Of a DNA stretch of 64,000 bases, positions 12,431 through 27,711 are shown one piece after another. The position numbers and the translations under genes are program-made. Numbering within the stretch: position 1 is the first letter of the stretch; each line of letters starts with the position of its first letter. The stretch covers positions 1 through 64,000 of the forward strand of contig JAQGDQ010001000.1 in assembly GCA_030141605.1 (NCBI GenBank). Direction: 5' to 3'. The notes under the pieces are model-generated. The model saw nothing but the letters and a program-made list of their open reading frames with translations. It was not told the origin of the DNA and made no database searches. This stretch comes from Tubiluchus corallicola. Taxonomy: Eukaryota > Animalia > Priapulida.

Positions 12431-15400
12431 GTGCTAAGTGTAAGCGTTCACATCTTTGCTGGAATGAGAAACGACATTAATGACACCTTGATGTCTGGTG
12501 ACATTCCTCCGTTGAATAGCCCGGTTGACATTCATGAAAAAACGGTAAAGACGTTTACTACAAACACGAAATACGTAACAAGTGAACAAAAGTCTATATA
12601 CGTACGAGGAGCACGTTTTTGATATACTGAAATTTTTTCATCCAGCCCTAATTGACCTAGTTCAGAATGGCTCCACCATCTTGCAAGATTGGAGGTCTCT
12701 CCATTAGGCCAATGACAAACACCAGCTCTCTGTGTTTATATGCCGCTAACAATTTGTTTCGGATCGTGACATTAAAACAAGTCATTTTTTAGCACTCTGG
12801 GGGTACATTTTCACCCAATATGCGTCTCGTCTAGGGCCTGGGAAGAGAGCAGAAGCCAGAGTTCCCAGCTGCATCGGGTCGACACTAGAACACATCTGCG
12901 CAGTTTAATTTACAACAACCCTGGAATAAGGCGTGATCTGATTACTTATCTAAGCGGCGTATTATCAAGCCTCCACCAATATGAGCCCCAGATTGCAATC
13001 GTCATTGAAGCCAAGTTTATTTGTGTAAACTTGACGACTTGGTGTCCATAAAATGAACCCTAGATTTCACTCAACCCGGTAGAGAAGCTTAATTTTCTAC
13101 GCGGGACATGAAAGAGTTTGATTTTTCTCCGCCATTAGCAGCAGCAGCAGCAGTTTTACGGCTTAGCAAATTTCAAACTTCTCCAACGAACATGTTTTGC
13201 TAAGACATGAGATTTGCTCATTTAACACTGTGCGAACTGCACTGGCTTTCCAAAATTAGTGCAACTTGGTATAATTAAAGTCGTTGGAGTTAAAAGGAAA
13301 TCTTAAAAGAAAACAGAAAATTTTTCATATCCTACTCCATTTTGAAGCACAATGAAAAGTATACATTTTAACACAATTAATACTGCAAAAACATTTCTGA
13401 TAATTAAATAATAGATTAAAAACTTAATTAACGGCAGACGAGCCCAACTAGTGATGACATCACAACTGAACATAATTTCCAACAGCACAAACATTCCATG
13501 AGCGTGTTGGACGTGTTTGCAAAAATGAAAATTGAGATTGAAGTACAGGGCTACTGTACAACATTCAGTGTGTTGTATAGAAACTCGGCAAGTTTTTAAG
13601 TTTAAAATTCAAATTTCAAGTTTACCGCTATGCTTACGCATGAGCTTTTGAACGTGTGCACCTACGTCACAATTGAACACCTCCAAAATGAGAGGCACAC
13701 CACCTGGTTTTTATGTAGACACCAGAACGCATGTATCAGTGAAGAACAAGCCGTACGAACTAAACGAAATCTGTATGTTCCTTTCAATATTTTACAAAGC
13801 AGACAGCTTTGAGCTATAGCTTAAGATGGCGTCCAGTTTCCCTTTAACATTCTAACTCAAGAATTGAACCTGCGGCCTCTGAATCGCTGGTCGCATGTGC
13901 TAACCAGTACACACCGTACTCAAATGTGGCACTAACGCATGCTATTATTCATTTAAAATTTCACGTATTTCATTAAAAAGCGAGCCATTGCTGTTAATGT
14001 TAGGCAGCTACTCAATAAGCTAAACAAGACTAACGAGGGCGGCTCCAAAAACCCAGAGGGGTGGGACGATTACATGTACAGCAATTCAGAGTCATGACGG
14101 GGCAAAGAAACGCCCCAAAATATTCCCGATGAAGTTTTTAAATGCTTATCAACAACAATGTCCGCTTCACGAACAACCAACTACATTTTATTAAATTCTT
14201 ATTAGCAAAATCAACGTGTCTGATGTACGCTAGTAGTCCTCAAGACAAAATGTTCATACAGTTTATACGTCAGGGTGAATACGAGTGAAAATATGCAAGG
14301 GCATCTTAAGCAGTGATGTAAATTTTACTTCTGTAATAGGACGTATGTTATATCGTTAATTGTTATTTGTGTTATTGTTGTGTGTCATAATTTATTGTAT
14401 TATTTGTATTAATTTGTGATGTGTTTATGAACTCTGTAACGTTTGAAATAAGATATTAAATTGAAAAAAATCAAATTTATAAAAATTGGATTTTTGTAAT
14501 AAAAATTTAGTGATGTTTATTATACAGTGGGTTGTTTATGAAGCCTGATCCTAAATTGAGCAGAAAAAGTGCGCTGTTGGCTTTGCAAATGTTTATATAA
14601 ACAGATGAAACCCACAAGATACCGTGTCTTGTATTAATCTAACGGAACTCTTTACTTCATTAATTAATTAGATTATGACATTATAATTAGTTGCTAGCTA
14701 ATTTGGGAAAGTATCATAAGTATATCCTACTCTTCACTACTGTCGCGAAGTTCGTCTCATAATTACTTCGCGTTTGATTAACTTGACTTGTGAATATTAC
14801 ATTGTTTCTCTTCTTACTCATCTCTCTTTCATATTTTTTCATCTCATTCCCTCCTTTTTAGGCTTGTTATAACATCGAAATAGCTTAAATTTCCCTCTAA
14901 TCTTACTGTACTTATTTGCTTCTGAATGACCTTTTACATTAATAGTGTTCTAGTTTTCTGTATTTAAGCTGTGTAAGACAGGCCTACCTTGAACATTTAG
15001 ACCTGTGGGCTAGCTAGGCTAATTGTTCCGCTGTGTTTTAGTATAGTGGTATTTTAGTATCGATAATAATTACGTTAGTTGATTCTGTGATTGTACCTGC
15101 TAGTATAGTTATTATAATATAATTCCTCGTGACTTGTTAATGATTCTGTTGTTTGATTCTTTAATTGTAAAAGCTAACAGGCTTAACTGTGGGCAAACTT
15201 TAATTCAGTGTCAGCTCTCCCCCTTATTTCCTTGCCCACATTTTCCGCCTAGCAAAAAAACACCCGCTGTAACCGTTTTACCCGCACCAAAAATCATTTC
15301 ACGAATGCAACGCGATACCATCCAACCAGACAGCAACACGATTTTCACAAAGCTATAAAAAGAGGTATTTAGAGAGAGTCGGAGAAAAAGAGATGAGAGC

Positions 15401-15846
15401 GTTTAGACGCGTAAGCTTCATCGATTTGTCCTGATCAAATATTGACGGGCTTTTGTAGACTGAATAGGCTAGGACACCCTCTCGTGGGCTCGAATAATAA
15501 AAGAGACTATTGCAACGGGTAAACGTGTAGCGAAAGACGTTCAATAAGTGTATCGGTAAATATTTGCCATATAAATTACAGGCTGGCGCGCAGAAGTTTA
15601 ACCTTTGTACGCGCGCCTACGGAGATTCGTGGCGCACAAAAGAGCTACGTCCTGCTTCCAATGCAAGTGTTAGAAAGGGGAGGACAGTTGAGATTAGACC
15701 CCAGGCGAAGACTAGAGATAAATTTCGAGGCGCGACAAATAGGTGTCGCAGAAAGAGGTGTCGCGACAAACGAGTTATCATCCGTGATATTAATTGCATA
15801 AAATAAATTATTTACTTCAGTGGGCCTTTGGGTTTTCAAATAGTGG

Positions 15847-16391
15847 TTAAAGGGAAAAAATGCAATTCTAAAGCATGTCCCCAAAAAACCTGACGTTTAG
15901 AGAATCACAGTTATGTTACTTTGCCTTACGCTTACCTGCTTGAAAGATATATATAGAAAAGAAAATTCTTGGTAATTTACAATGCACACGCCAATTGCTA
16001 AAACATCGGTAACTCACCTTCCCAGTGTGCACCACTGGCTCACAATAAAATATACTACTGAACAAACTTGATAAAATAAAGTTATTTATACTTTCGTTTA
16101 GTTTCGAAGAGTGTGCTACGAATGTTCTGACTATTTTTTCAAATTTTACGCTGCGTTATCTAAGCTTGTTTCAAACGGATTTACTGTTAAAATGGCTGCG
16201 CTTAACGGTCACCGCGCGAGCTTAAATTTACGAATTTTATACAGCGTTAAACTTGTTACACTGTTATTACTGCTAATACAACGTGTTAGAGGATCCGTGG
16301 CCTAGGTTGCAGTATGTAGGCCTAGGTTATACAAAATTTCAAGACGAATTTTTTAAGCTCTACGTATGTAAAGAGTTTACATGTCCTTTAA
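15847..16391 (-). mobile_element. Kolobok-like MITE family A
   Basis: TTAA-AGG...CCT-TTAA ends; diagnostic ctcaccttcccagtgtgcaccactg core shared with other copies. Confidence 0.7.
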
Positions 16392-16594
16392 GGTTTAAAC
16401 CTATTTGCAGTACTTGTGGATACACGATTTAAACTTTCGACTATGACATAATCATGAAATCATATTGCAATATCAAATACTGAAAGTGTCTTCAAACTCA
16501 ATCTGCGTAATCTGCCGCTAGCTGGCACTGCAAGTTACTACAAGTCTAAATCTATATCTAACCCACATTTATACTTGAATTTAAACTTGGTTGA

Positions 16595-16860
16595 GTTTTA
16601 AACTTAAAGTCTTTAGAATTCTCAAGTCATGATATATGACATTAAATCACTCACACGCGTAGATCCTCGCTATTTCGAAAGAAACAGCGGACCGGGCAGT
16701 GAGAACTATTCAAATTTGTTGAAAAGATTCAGGCGCCCCCTACGCTCGATTGCGAGAACCAACCCATCTTTGTTTCCCAGAGCGGGAATTGAAAGATCGT
16801 ATAACTCTTTACCCCGTGAAGTGAAAGCAATGAATGGGAGCTATACGAGCTGCTATTAAC
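16595..16860 (+). mobile_element. Old CR1-like LINE C-terminal remnant
   Basis: LNLKSLE...MIY...YF...LFP...YNSLPREVK resembles the CR1 ORF2 end. Confidence 0.45.
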
Positions 16861-17129
16861 TTCTGAGCCAGAGGATGTTCATAAAATGAGCATTATGTCT
16901 GCTTTAATAGCACCGACCTTTACGGGCAATGAAATCGACAGTTTGTATCCAGTAATTGAGCCAATGACTTTGGTCCATGAACAAGTCAAACCCCCCCGGG
17001 GGGGGGTGTACGCCTGATGACTTGCTCGTGCACGATACATACAGGAAAAACAGGAAAGCAAGACGTTTGCAAATATCTTGATTGATTAATAAATGGATTG
17101 AAGACTTTGTCGAGAATCTGCCATGTTCG

Positions 17130-17979
<850 letters not shown>

Positions 17980-19124
17980 ACAGATAGACACAGACACTTC
18001 CTCTCAGGCCTCAACATGAAAACTCAGAGAATCCGCTGACAGACAATCAACTCAGAACGCTTCGTCAGCAGTTTGTCATATGTGATGAAAGAACAGGTTT
18101 CGGACGAAGATTGTTCTACTAATTCTACGAGCAATATTATCAAGGAAAAAATTTATCTGTGAGTTCCATCTAGAATCAGCGCGATGAAAAAAGCTGGGGG
18201 GGAAAACTAAGCCTACTGTAAATCCATATCACGGAAAAGCAAGAAATAAAGGTCCGTTCACAGTAAGATAGCAATAAGCCAGCAAAGATGAGCGTGCAAT
18301 AAAAAAAGTCATTTTTATTGTACGATGCGGGGCGAATAAAAACCAAGTCTCAACAAATCTGAAGTTTGACAAAGTCACAACATTGTTGAGTTTTATTAAC
18401 ATTAGTCTTAAAAACAGACTAAAAATTCTTTGCCGGAGCAAAAGGACGCGACGTAATGCCGTTGCCACCTTTTGTCACGAAAAAACTTATTGGGAATTCA
18501 AACGCATCCACCACGTAACTTTAGACAGATCTACCAGGAAAGATCCCCCTAGAAACCGAGCTGTTTTCACGTCCCGAACCACAGACTCCAATTTCGCCCC
18601 ATTAGCGTCTTAGAGGGTCAAGACATCTTAAACCTCTGTACGTCTCCGATAACACGCGCCCGTCTGGCCTTTGATAGCAAACATGGCAGTTTGTATACAG
18701 TAACATTATCACGCACGAATCCAGAAGATTATTAGAAAACTAGAAGATCGACCTATTTGAATGGAGGAGTAGTGAGCAGGGGCAGAGAGGCCAAGACTGC
18801 AGGGGAAAGAAAGATTTGTAGGGGAGGCCAATTGCTACATTGTGCCCGAGAGGGATTTAGGCGGGACAGCGCGCATAAACAGAAAGAGGAAAAACATTTT
18901 ATGAGGTTTAATCTGGAGCAAAGGGGATTTAGACCTGATCCAGGAGACGGATAAGTCAGGGAATTAAAGGAGAAAGAAATGGCAATGACCTCTGGTGGAA
19001 AGTTTATAAACACAATGGTAGAAAAACGCCTGACAATGGCGTTTATGGTATACAGTGAAAGATCTGGCGAAATTATTAAAAAAAACGCCAATTTCTTGCG
19101 GGAGAAAAGAACAGGGTAAGTGAT

Positions 19125-19625
19125 GCCAAGGGCATGTGCAAAAATAAAAAGAACAAGGTGTGCACAAAAATAAAAAGAACAAGGTATGCACAAAAATAAA
19201 AAGAACAAGGTATGCACAAAAATAAAAGGAACAAGGCATGTGCAAAAGAAAAAAGAACAAGCGATGTGCAAAAGAAAAAAGAACAAGCGATGTGCAAAAG
19301 AAAAAAGAACAAGCGATGTGCAAAAGAAAAAAGAACAAGCGATGTGCAAAAGAAAAAAGAACAAGGGATGTGCAAAAATAAAAAGAACAAGCGATGTGCA
19401 AAAACAAAAAGAACAAGGGATGTGCAAATGCAGAAAGAACAAGGCCTGCACAAAAATAAAAAGAACAAGGATGTGCAAAAGAAAAAAGAACAAAAACAAA
19501 AAGAACAAGGCATGCGAAAAAGCAAAAAGAACAAGACATGCGCAAAAGCAAATAAGAACAAGGCATATGACGTGTTCTGCATGATTTGTTAATTGTACTT
19601 GTGTCTATGTTTGTAAAACAAAGCG

Positions 19626-19724
<99 letters not shown>

Positions 19725-19870
19725 GATATTATTATTATTATTACTATTATTATATACAAAAGCAAAAAGAACAAGGCATGCACAAAAAAATAAAACAATG
19801 CATGCGCAAAAACAAAAAGCAGGACATGCGCAGAAGTAAAAAGAAGAAAGCATGCGCAAAAACAAGAGAC
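19125..19870 (+). repeat. 26-bp A-rich minisatellite interrupted by a retroposon tail with (TTA)n
   Basis: Unit gcgatgtgcaaaagaaaaaagaacaa. Insertion about 19567-19755 matches the LINE 3' UTR end (tgtttgtaaaacaaagcgtttg + (TTA)n). Confidence 0.9.
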
Positions 19871-20224
19871 AAAATTCAACTCCACCTTTCAGTAACCCAG
19901 GTCTTTCCAGCAGAAATATTATCGTTAACAGCATTAGCAACATCTGCAGGAACAACAAACAATCAGTCCACCAGGGCCCACCATCTAACCCAGCTTGTCT
20001 TACTCTCACAACAGAACTAGAGTAGGCTCCCGTCTTCAGGGAAGCAAGCTTTTGTTATGTGACAAAATACAACCGTCTGAACGACCATCTCCTCAGCTAC
20101 TTTAGCAACGTCTGTTGAGAGTTACCAACACCAGACGCAACAGATCGATTTCAGTCTCGTAAGTAAAGAGTCCAAGCAAAACTTAAACTCTTTCATACAG
20201 TTTAAGTTTTTTCATATCCTACAT

Positions 20225-20430
20225 TATATGACGTCAGAAACTAACACTGCAGTTCATGATCATGCTTATCACGGTACCGCCTTCTATTTGTCGGGCACGC
20301 GCACGTGACAAAAAGGCGCCGCTGCCAATCTTAGTAGATTCACTTAGTAGCTTTGAAAGTTTAACGAAATTTGAGTATCCGAGGTAATTATTTAATCTAA
20401 GCTTTGATTTAAAAAAAAGTTATTGCAGTT
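20225..20430 (-). mobile_element. Kolobok-like MITE family B, internal fragment
   Basis: Reverse complement of about 44820-45030 (tgacgtcagaaactaacac...ccaatcttagtagattcac). Confidence 0.8.
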
Positions 20431-21719
20431 TTCAATATTTCAGAGCATTATTTATTCTGAACTCGTGTTTATACAATCATCCGGTTTTCCTTTAAACAAA
20501 AACTTGGATCAGTGTACATTACGCAAGTTTGTACGCAACTTTTACGAGTACGCAACTTTTACGAGAACGCATAAAACTTTGCCAAGTGTTTCAAACACAT
20601 TCGTAAAAACGATTAAAACTTAACACCTATTTCACGATTATACCCAATCCGTCGCGGCGGGCATTTTTACAATTTAAGAAATTAACTCGTGAACACTGAG
20701 ACCACATCTGTTTCATCCTCTCTCCCTCGAGGCGTCTGTCTTATGAAGGCACTAATTCGTCCATTTTGCAAACGGATCTCTTTCTCTGAAAAACCGACAG
20801 GGGGCCGCTCTTGGATGATTGGACGACGGTAGCTGAAACCTGTCATCAGGGTCCAAAATTTGGCAGTTCTGTGTAACCAAAGATCGGAGGCTTGTTGGAG
20901 CAAAATCCGTGGATAAACCAAAATTCAGATTCAGGGATGAACTTGTTCTTCCTGATATTTATATTCTGCTAGCAAAAGGAACCATTGGTTAGCGTTAACC
21001 CGCCTGTAAAAGTATCGGTAAAAGTTTCAAATGTCCGCGAAGGTGATGGACGATATTTACTCAAGCCCCGGGCATCGGTTCAGTTGTGTTCAGAGGCGCA
21101 ACAGCTCGAATGATGACGACGCGCTCATTTCTCAAAGTCTTCATCATTTTTTCATGAATGTCAGCCAGGCTTTTGAATGGAAGACGTCACCAGACATCGA
21201 GGTGTCTTTAATGTCATTTCTCAACATCTCGCACACCTGTTTGCAGATGAAATTCGCCCATTTTTACAGTCATACTCATACAAGCCGCCTGGCACCGAAA
21301 GTATGAATCCCTGTATGGATGCGATTAGTACGGTCAGTCAGACACAAAGGAAATTTGTTGAAATTCAAAGTTCCAGGGGTGTATGAATAGGTCCCTCTTG
21401 CGGTGACTATGAGATTTATCTTTACTGCAAACTCTTTTACTAGGAGTTTGAGTAATATCAAAACATGGTATTGAACACAAACCCTTACGAACCACACTTA
21501 TTACCGCACAATAATTAGTGAAACTTAGTAACATTTGACTAAAATACTGAATCATATAGTAAAATTATCATATATGAACTTTCTACGGTTAAAACCTTTT
21601 TCTATACATGAATTCACGTGATGAATAACGAACGTTTTGGCGGTAAAGCATTTTTGGCATTTAAAGAACTATTATTTCCGTGTTTTACTGTACATGTACT
21701 CTCACGGTTTTTACCACCG

Positions 21720-21800
21720 GCGGTATAGCTTAAAGGTAACGTGCTCGCTTCCCATCCGTGAGGTCGCAGGTTCAACTCCCGACCGAGTCGTGTCCGCCCA
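21720..21800 (+). mobile_element. tRNA-derived SINE head
   Basis: gcggtatagcttaaaggtaacgtgctcgcttccc...ggtcgcaggttcaactcccg: A and B boxes. Confidence 0.65.
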
Positions 21801-21854
21801 AGCACGCAAGCTTATCGATGTGACATGCAGGTGATAATAATGGGGACCACACTG

Positions 21855-22335
21855 GACTTTAGTTTAAACATAATTTATTTAAGATTAGATCAGACAGTTT
21901 GAACAACATGATTTAGGATCCTCACCACAACAGACTTTATACACTATTTACAAAAACATTTACAGTAAGAATCGACTATAACTACACAAGCTGATAAGTT
22001 TTACTACAGGATTACATTAGACATTAGTAGAAAATGCGGTTAGAAAATATTAATGTACGATTATTTAAGAATGATGCATTTCATATAAGATAGAAACTAC
22101 AGGAAGCGCTTAGTACGTGATATAAAGTCATGTATGCATTGGAATATTTTACAGTTAGCAACATAGTTAAATTCATCTTTTCCGAATAATAACAACTTCA
22201 ACAGATCATTAGTTCCTAAGGCAGCTATATTAAGGTTTTCGGGCAGAAGTATTTCATTTAATTCATCAAACATAACAAGCCTAGCTAGTTGATACAATGG
22301 GCAGTGCAACAAAAAGCGTTCAACAGACTCAAATC
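21855..22335 (-). mobile_element. CR1-group LINE 3' end
   Basis: ESVERFLLHCPLY..AR...LLLFG...NCKIFQCIHDFISRTKRF* plus 3' UTR. A second copy lies at 27405-27710. Confidence 0.8.
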
Positions 22336-22726
22336 GGACACTGGACTTTGTCATAAACGAAATTGTTATTATTGCTGTTCTGTTGTTGTTAAATCATTCG
22401 TTCTTGCCAATAATGATGGTAAGTGTTGTAACACAATCACCACACCAGACTTTCAGCAAATTACTAATTTAACCCAAGGCGCGGTTTGCAAAACTCTTCG
22501 CCTCACTGCAAAAGTTATAAATGAATATGAAACTTGAACGAGGAGGTAATTTGAGTTGGCATGTCGAAACTGACAAAGAGCGGTTTTGTTTACACTACGT
22601 GAAGCAAGACAAATGATTAGTGGAAAAATTATTCACTTCATCTTCCAAGGCTGCGAGTTGTAAATGGTTAATTTTTGACAAATATTGCGCATTAGAGTCT
22701 AATGAGAAATTCTAGTGCTAAGGGAA

Positions 22727-23492
<766 letters not shown>

Positions 23493-24256
23493 TGAGCGAA
23501 TGTATTTTGCTACACCCAGTTCAAATGAATCGTATGATCCATACGGGGAGGGTTAAAAAGGCAAAAGAATGTAGCGACTTTCAAAAGTCTACCCCCCCCC
23601 CCTGCACACACGTAGACGTAATACAAACAGAATTGAGCTCTCAAAGCTGCAAATTCAACACTAAAGAAGAACAGGGATTAGGCATTTTCAGTTTTCTCTG
23701 TGAAATTTGCTTACAGCCGTGTAACTCAAGTAGCTCGAATCTGACGGCGAGACGTGCTTCAAAGGGGAGGGGTTGAGGATAAGACCCTCAACCTCGACAA
23801 GATGTAATCAACCACCCACTGGAAAAGCCTCATCTCGCGTGCAACTGCACGCACTTCTAAATCTTGAAATCTTATTGAAATTTCACCGTGGTGTTAATAC
23901 AGCAAGACGGCCAATCTTAGATCGTCTCAAGAGGACCCACTAGGGGCACTTCTAAAGCTTTGTTTCCCGGCTGAACGATTACAAAAGATGTACAAACACG
24001 TACACGCCAGGGCAATGACGGAAATACACGTCTGCAAGCAACGAAGTGTGCAGCGAAGCTATTGAGCAGGGATTAACACCATTATGCGAATTTTTTAAAC
24101 AAAATTAGACAAATACCATCAAGTGTAAAGAGAAAATTCTCGAACAATGGGGCAGAGCTTGTCAGAGTTGAGTGAAATTAACAAAGCGTGAATTATTTGC
24201 ATGCAAAGAAGGTGCGGGCTGACTTTCTTATCCTTACAGATTCGAATGTAAGAAGC

Positions 24257-24650
24257 TTAAAGCACAAGAAAACCCTTTTTACATAAAGCTAAAAAAATCG
24301 TCTTGGAATTCTATATCATTTACATGCTGCCTTATTGCACGTAGAGGTTGTATTAGCAGTAACGCTGTATAACACATGAAAATTTAAGCTCCCTTACTAA
24401 TTAAGCAAAAATATAAAATACAGTATTTTGTTGATAAAATTGAAAATACATTTTTGGTGAGCCAGTGGTGCACATTGGGAAGGTGCTACAATGACATTTT
24501 ACCAGTTGGTGCGAACACTTTAAATAACTAAGAATTTTCTTTTCTCGTTACGTAAGGCTTTTAAGCAGGTAAGCGTAATGTTAACTAATACAACTTTGTA
24601 TGGGGAATTTTTTGGAACATAGTTTAAAATTGCTTTTTCTTTCCCTTCAA
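24257..24650 (+). mobile_element. Kolobok-like MITE family A (internally deleted)
   Basis: Starts ttaaagcacaagaaaaccc; has the cagtggtgcacattgggaagg core; ends ttcccttcaa. Confidence 0.75.
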
Positions 24651-24946
24651 ATTCAAACCGAGTAACGGATTAAATGGTTTAACTCCTCGCTACTCCTCTT
24701 GGTGGATGTCTCCTAAAATATAGCCCACATCTTCGTGTAGCCCTGTTCTTCCTCTTTTTAAAGAGCTATGTATCTCCTTTCGAGAGTCCCACCAGGCGCC
24801 GCTAGAACGGCTTTTTCTACAGGCTGTTTGGTTCCCGGCCCGTTCCCGTTCTCCTTTAATCTTGTAAGAGTTTAACTTTTCTGGTTATTTGTAATTGAGA
24901 TCAAAAGACTCAACGAAGAAACTACGAGTTATTAAATATCACAAGC

Positions 24947-25609
24947 TTAAAGCACAAGAAAACCCTCCATAAACATAAAGCTTGAAAAATTTTATATCAC
25001 TTACATATTGCCTTTTTGCGTGCAGGACTTCCAATCGACAGTCAACGTTGTATAAAACGTGTAAATTTAAACTCCCGCGATGACCGTTAGACGCAGCCAT
25101 TTTCACGACAGGTCATTTGAAACAAGTTTAGATAACATTTTGTAAAGTTTGAAAAAATAATCATACCATTCGTAGCGCACAAGTCACTAACTAAATAAAA
25201 TTTAAAATTACTGTATCTTGTCAATAAGTTTAAAAATACGTTTTTTTTTGGTTAGTGAGTGGTGCACCCTGGAGGGTGAGTCAGGCGACAACGACATTTT
25301 ACCAATTGGTGAAAACATTTTAAATAATTACTAATTCTCTTTTCTAGTTACATAAGTCTTTCTAGCAGGTAAGCAAAAATCTAAGAAATATAGATTCGCC
25401 CGGAAAGTCTTTTGAGATATAATTTAACATTGCCTTCTCTTCCCTTCATTTACGTTTAGTACGTGACGTCATGTAATGGCGACTTCGGAACATTATTGCG
25501 GGAGATTTAAAATGAAAACAAACTAAAATTCCTTTCAGTGCGAGTAAGATATACGCATAAAATTGCTATAAAGTAATATAATTTTTTAAGGCGATTTTTT
25601 GTCCTTTAA
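24947..25609 (+). mobile_element. Kolobok-like MITE family A, long variant
   Basis: ttaaagcacaagaaaa...gtcctttaa. The extension beyond 25447 matches 30903-31100 (reverse) and 34590-34702. Confidence 0.75.
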
Positions 25610-27404
25610 CAATAGCTGAATTTCAGGAATATGACGTATATAAGTCTGCTGACACGCCAACAACTGTGACCGTTCAATTATGATTGACGTCAAACATATT
25701 GGTCTATTGCTCCGCCCACGCTGTGACGTAAGCACGCTCAGCAGCATTCGGGACAACAGTTCACGCAGGACAACAACTGTCTAAACTTAAACTAAGCTAA
25801 ACTAAACAACATGACAGTCACAACTAATGTCTAATCAGCAGATAAACTGATTGCACTTTTTCGTAAACACAAATTTGCAGAGCAGCAGCTATTTTTGCAC
25901 GAAATTAACTTCAAGTAGCCAAAAAATGATTTTTCAATTTAAACAGAATGTAGAGACGAAGTTTCAAAGCACTACAAAATACAGAGACATAAATATAATA
26001 AAGATTTTAAGCCAGTTAGCCTTGCTTTACAATAAATGAGCTACAAAATTATTGTCTCTCTTGTCTTTGGACATACGAACATCATTCAGGCCTGTGATGT
26101 ATTTTTCTGTAGTAACTGGTCACGTGATCGTCTGCAAGGTTTATTAAGTTTTTGTAATTTTCCGTTTGTCAGGCTACGGAAATGGAATAAATTTGATTGT
26201 TCCATAGACGACCCTTATATTGAATGCCTGAGTTACATAAGTCCCAATGGCATCTTCTAACGGCAACACAAACAGGACGTGCGTCTCTAAGTCATCTAGC
26301 ATGATTTGAGTTGGTAAACTTTTGGTAATTTTCATTTAAGGAGAATTAGGAATGTCAAAAAAATGTTCTTCGATCAAAATCGCACGTGTGCCACGTGTTA
26401 ACTGCAATCATATTAAAGTGAAATAATAATATGAATTTATTCCACAGCAACACATAAACATACATACGAAAGAAAAACTGTTTTGGAATTTACTGAACTA
26501 TCTAAGTTGGCAGATCGACAACTCTAGTTGGACCATCTCTGGTTTGAAATATGATCATAACAAGCTGTCAGAAAACTTCAATCCAGAAGCAAAAAATGCA
26601 AATCCAACATTTTACAATTTTTATCTCCCCAAGTTCAATTGAAGCGTCTCGAGCCCGTAGTAGCCTCTGGGCAGAAATGTCTGGCCAGCACACTCGCAAC
26701 TTGTCAGGTATTTATTGGAAGACGCTACGAGCGACCTCTTCAGCATACAGATGAACCTTCGCCAAGACGTCTCCAAGAAAGGTGCCTGCGTCCAAAAGGT
26801 CTCTTCATTAATCAGGCGACCACAACCAATCCAGAAGCTCATCAAAGTCCATCAATACCAGCACAAAAACACGACGTATCATCTCCTACGTTTTAAACAG
26901 TTGCTTTCCCGACCAATTAGGATTTACGGACTACAACCGCCCCGTCGTGGCTACACCCTGATTATGTTTTATTGGTCACCCGGGCTTATCCCCATTAAAT
27001 TCGAACAAGGAACTTTGCACAATCAGAACACGAGTCCTGCATTCTTCTGGTGTGATAAAGCAGCTGGCAACAAACCATTTCATCTCTTTGTATTTTGTCT
27101 TAATACTCGTCAGATATTAACACTCCCGGCGCGAAATTAAAAACCGAAGAGATTTCATAATTATCTAGCCGGGCGGATCGAGGGGCAGGGTAAAGAGGGC
27201 GCGTGTACCGACTCTACATTCATCCTACAATGCAGAATGCTGTAAAAAATGCTTCACAGACTGGTTTAAGTCTTAGGATTTTTGGTTGTGACTAAAGGGC
27301 TGCTGTCTCTTTCTGATTAAACCCTCAATCGCACAACCCATTTTTTCCTCCGCCTCCAGTCTATTAAACAGGCCTATGACGTCTAGGGTTGAATTATCAG
27401 ATGA

Positions 27405-27710
27405 ATTTAACTGTGTAAAATATTCCAATGCATACATGACTTTATATTACGTACTAAACGCTTCCAGTAGTTTCTATCTGATATGAAATGCATCAGTCTT
27501 AAATATTCGTACATTAATATTTTTAACGGTCATTTTCTACTAATGTCTAATGTAATCTTGTAGTAAAACTTGTCAGCTTGTGTAGTTATAGTCTATTCTT
27601 ACTGTAAATGTTTTTGTAAATAGTGTATAAAGTCTGTTGTGGTGAGGATCGTAAATCATGTTGTTCAAACTGTCTGATCCAATCCTATAATAAATTGTTT
27701 AAACTAAACT
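27405..27710 (+). mobile_element. CR1-group LINE 3' end, same family as 21855-22335
   Basis: aatattccaatgcatacatgactttatat...gtgaggatc.taaatcatgttgttcaaactgtctgatc is a near reverse complement of 21860-22160. Confidence 0.85.
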
Positions 27711-27711
27711 A

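Noticed and set aside
18753-19592. Lys-rich or Phe-rich ORFs of 126-251 aa
   Set aside because: Arise from the 26-bp minisatellite.
20680-21500. Coding-like composition with several short ORFs (similarly 26530-27140)
   Set aside because: Stops in the frames I translated and no recognisable motif. May be a decayed transposon or viral gene; needs TBLASTX.
21720-21800. Functional tRNA genes (also about 4210, 10075, 13855, 40215, 50375, 54435, 60893, 62040)
   Set aside because: A/B-box similarity only, without complete cloverleaf pairing; better explained as SINE heads.
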